Positions 63,187 to 64,000 of a DNA stretch of 64,000 nucleotides are shown piece by piece (within the stretch, counting starts at the first letter, position 1; each line of letters starts with the position of its first letter). Source of the stretch: Octopus sinensis (taxonomy: Eukaryota); the NCBI RefSeq assembly GCF_006345805.1, contig NC_043005.1, positions 12,710,001 to 12,774,000 on the forward strand, in the 5' to 3' direction. The position numbers and the translations under genes are program-made. Under the pieces are notes generated by a model. The model made no database searches. It saw nothing but the letters and a program-made list of their open reading frames with translations, and was not told the origin of the DNA.

Positions 63187-64000
63187 ATCTTCTTTCTTTC
63201 TTACTCTCTCTCTCTCTTTATCTTCTTTCTTTCTTACTCTCTCGCTCTCACTCTCCCTCTCACACACACACTCTCTCTATCTATCTATCTATCTATCTCT
63301 GAGGTACTATGTGGTACACTTGTACTCAAAAGCATATACACCTATACACCTACACAATTATAGACTGCATCTCATTATTTCCCGCCTAAATGAATCTCTG
63401 TTTTTCTTCATCGCCGCCTATCATTTAAAAAAAATAAAGCAATAGCTTGCTACGTGTAAAATACAACATTCTTCCATAAGACGTGTCCATTGCCATTTTT
63501 CATTCGCAATGACAAATGCAGAATTTATCTCAGCTCGACGTGGAGTAACAGAAGCCAAACCAGTATCTGGAGTGAAATACACGTATCTTCATTGATTATT
63601 GAGGGCAAAATGGGGCTGAGTCCATCGTTATTTGCAGATTCTCTCACTTTGGTGTTATGTTTGCCTAGCCCGAGTATCTGTAGGTTAATATACACAAGAA
63701 AATGTCGGCGGGGAGCAAAAGTGTGGTCTGGTTCAAATGTAATTGTGTGAATTCAGCTAAAGAAAAACTACGAAAAAGTAAGTTGTTAAACTGGGAATTA
63801 TATTAGATCTACCACACAACTTATGAGAAAGTTAGTAATAAACTAATCGCAAGACAGAGTGAGGAGTATCCCGTAATCAAAGCCATGACGGAGATGGGGC
63901 GAATTGCCTCTATCGAGGCAGATTTTTCTTATTTTCTTTTTGATATAATTTGTCGCGCTGGACAGAACAAGCTGAGGACTCCATCAGGGAAAGGTCTATA

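Noticed and set aside
63970-64000. CTGAGGA..GAAA..GTC near the window end
   Set aside because: Stems I-III do not form; truncated by the window edge.

Overview
Repeat-saturated eukaryotic DNA with no host gene I can support. The SINE families and the extreme density of (TA)/(CA)/(CATA)/(GATA) microsatellites resemble an Octopus-like cephalopod genome; this is an inference, not verified. Most ORFs in the track are microsatellite read-through. Real coding remnants all come from mobile elements. (1) A near-intact R4/Dong-clade LINE (Myb, RT, CCHC, RLE) in a same-strand train of related elements separated by (TAA)n, 5.1-12.7 kb. (2) A near-intact Tx1/L1-clade LINE with two partial copies embedded in (GATA)n, 41.7-48.0 kb. 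(3) A frameshifted CR1/L2-group LINE, an RTE 3' end, two Tc1/mariner remnants, a Helitron helicase remnant and further decayed R4 copies. Non-coding elements include three tRNA-derived SINE families, non-autonomous Helitrons and MITEs. The most striking unexplained signal is 12-13 type I hammerhead-ribozyme motifs from about 8 unrelated short repeat families, mostly next to (TA)n. Several have complete canonical cores with palindromic stem III, one is fused to a tRNA-like Pol III head, and five copies share an atypical CUGUNGAA core. The second highlight is a SINE whose 3' tail matches the 3' end of the Tx1 LINE in the same window. All structures were read by eye; none has been computed or tested.
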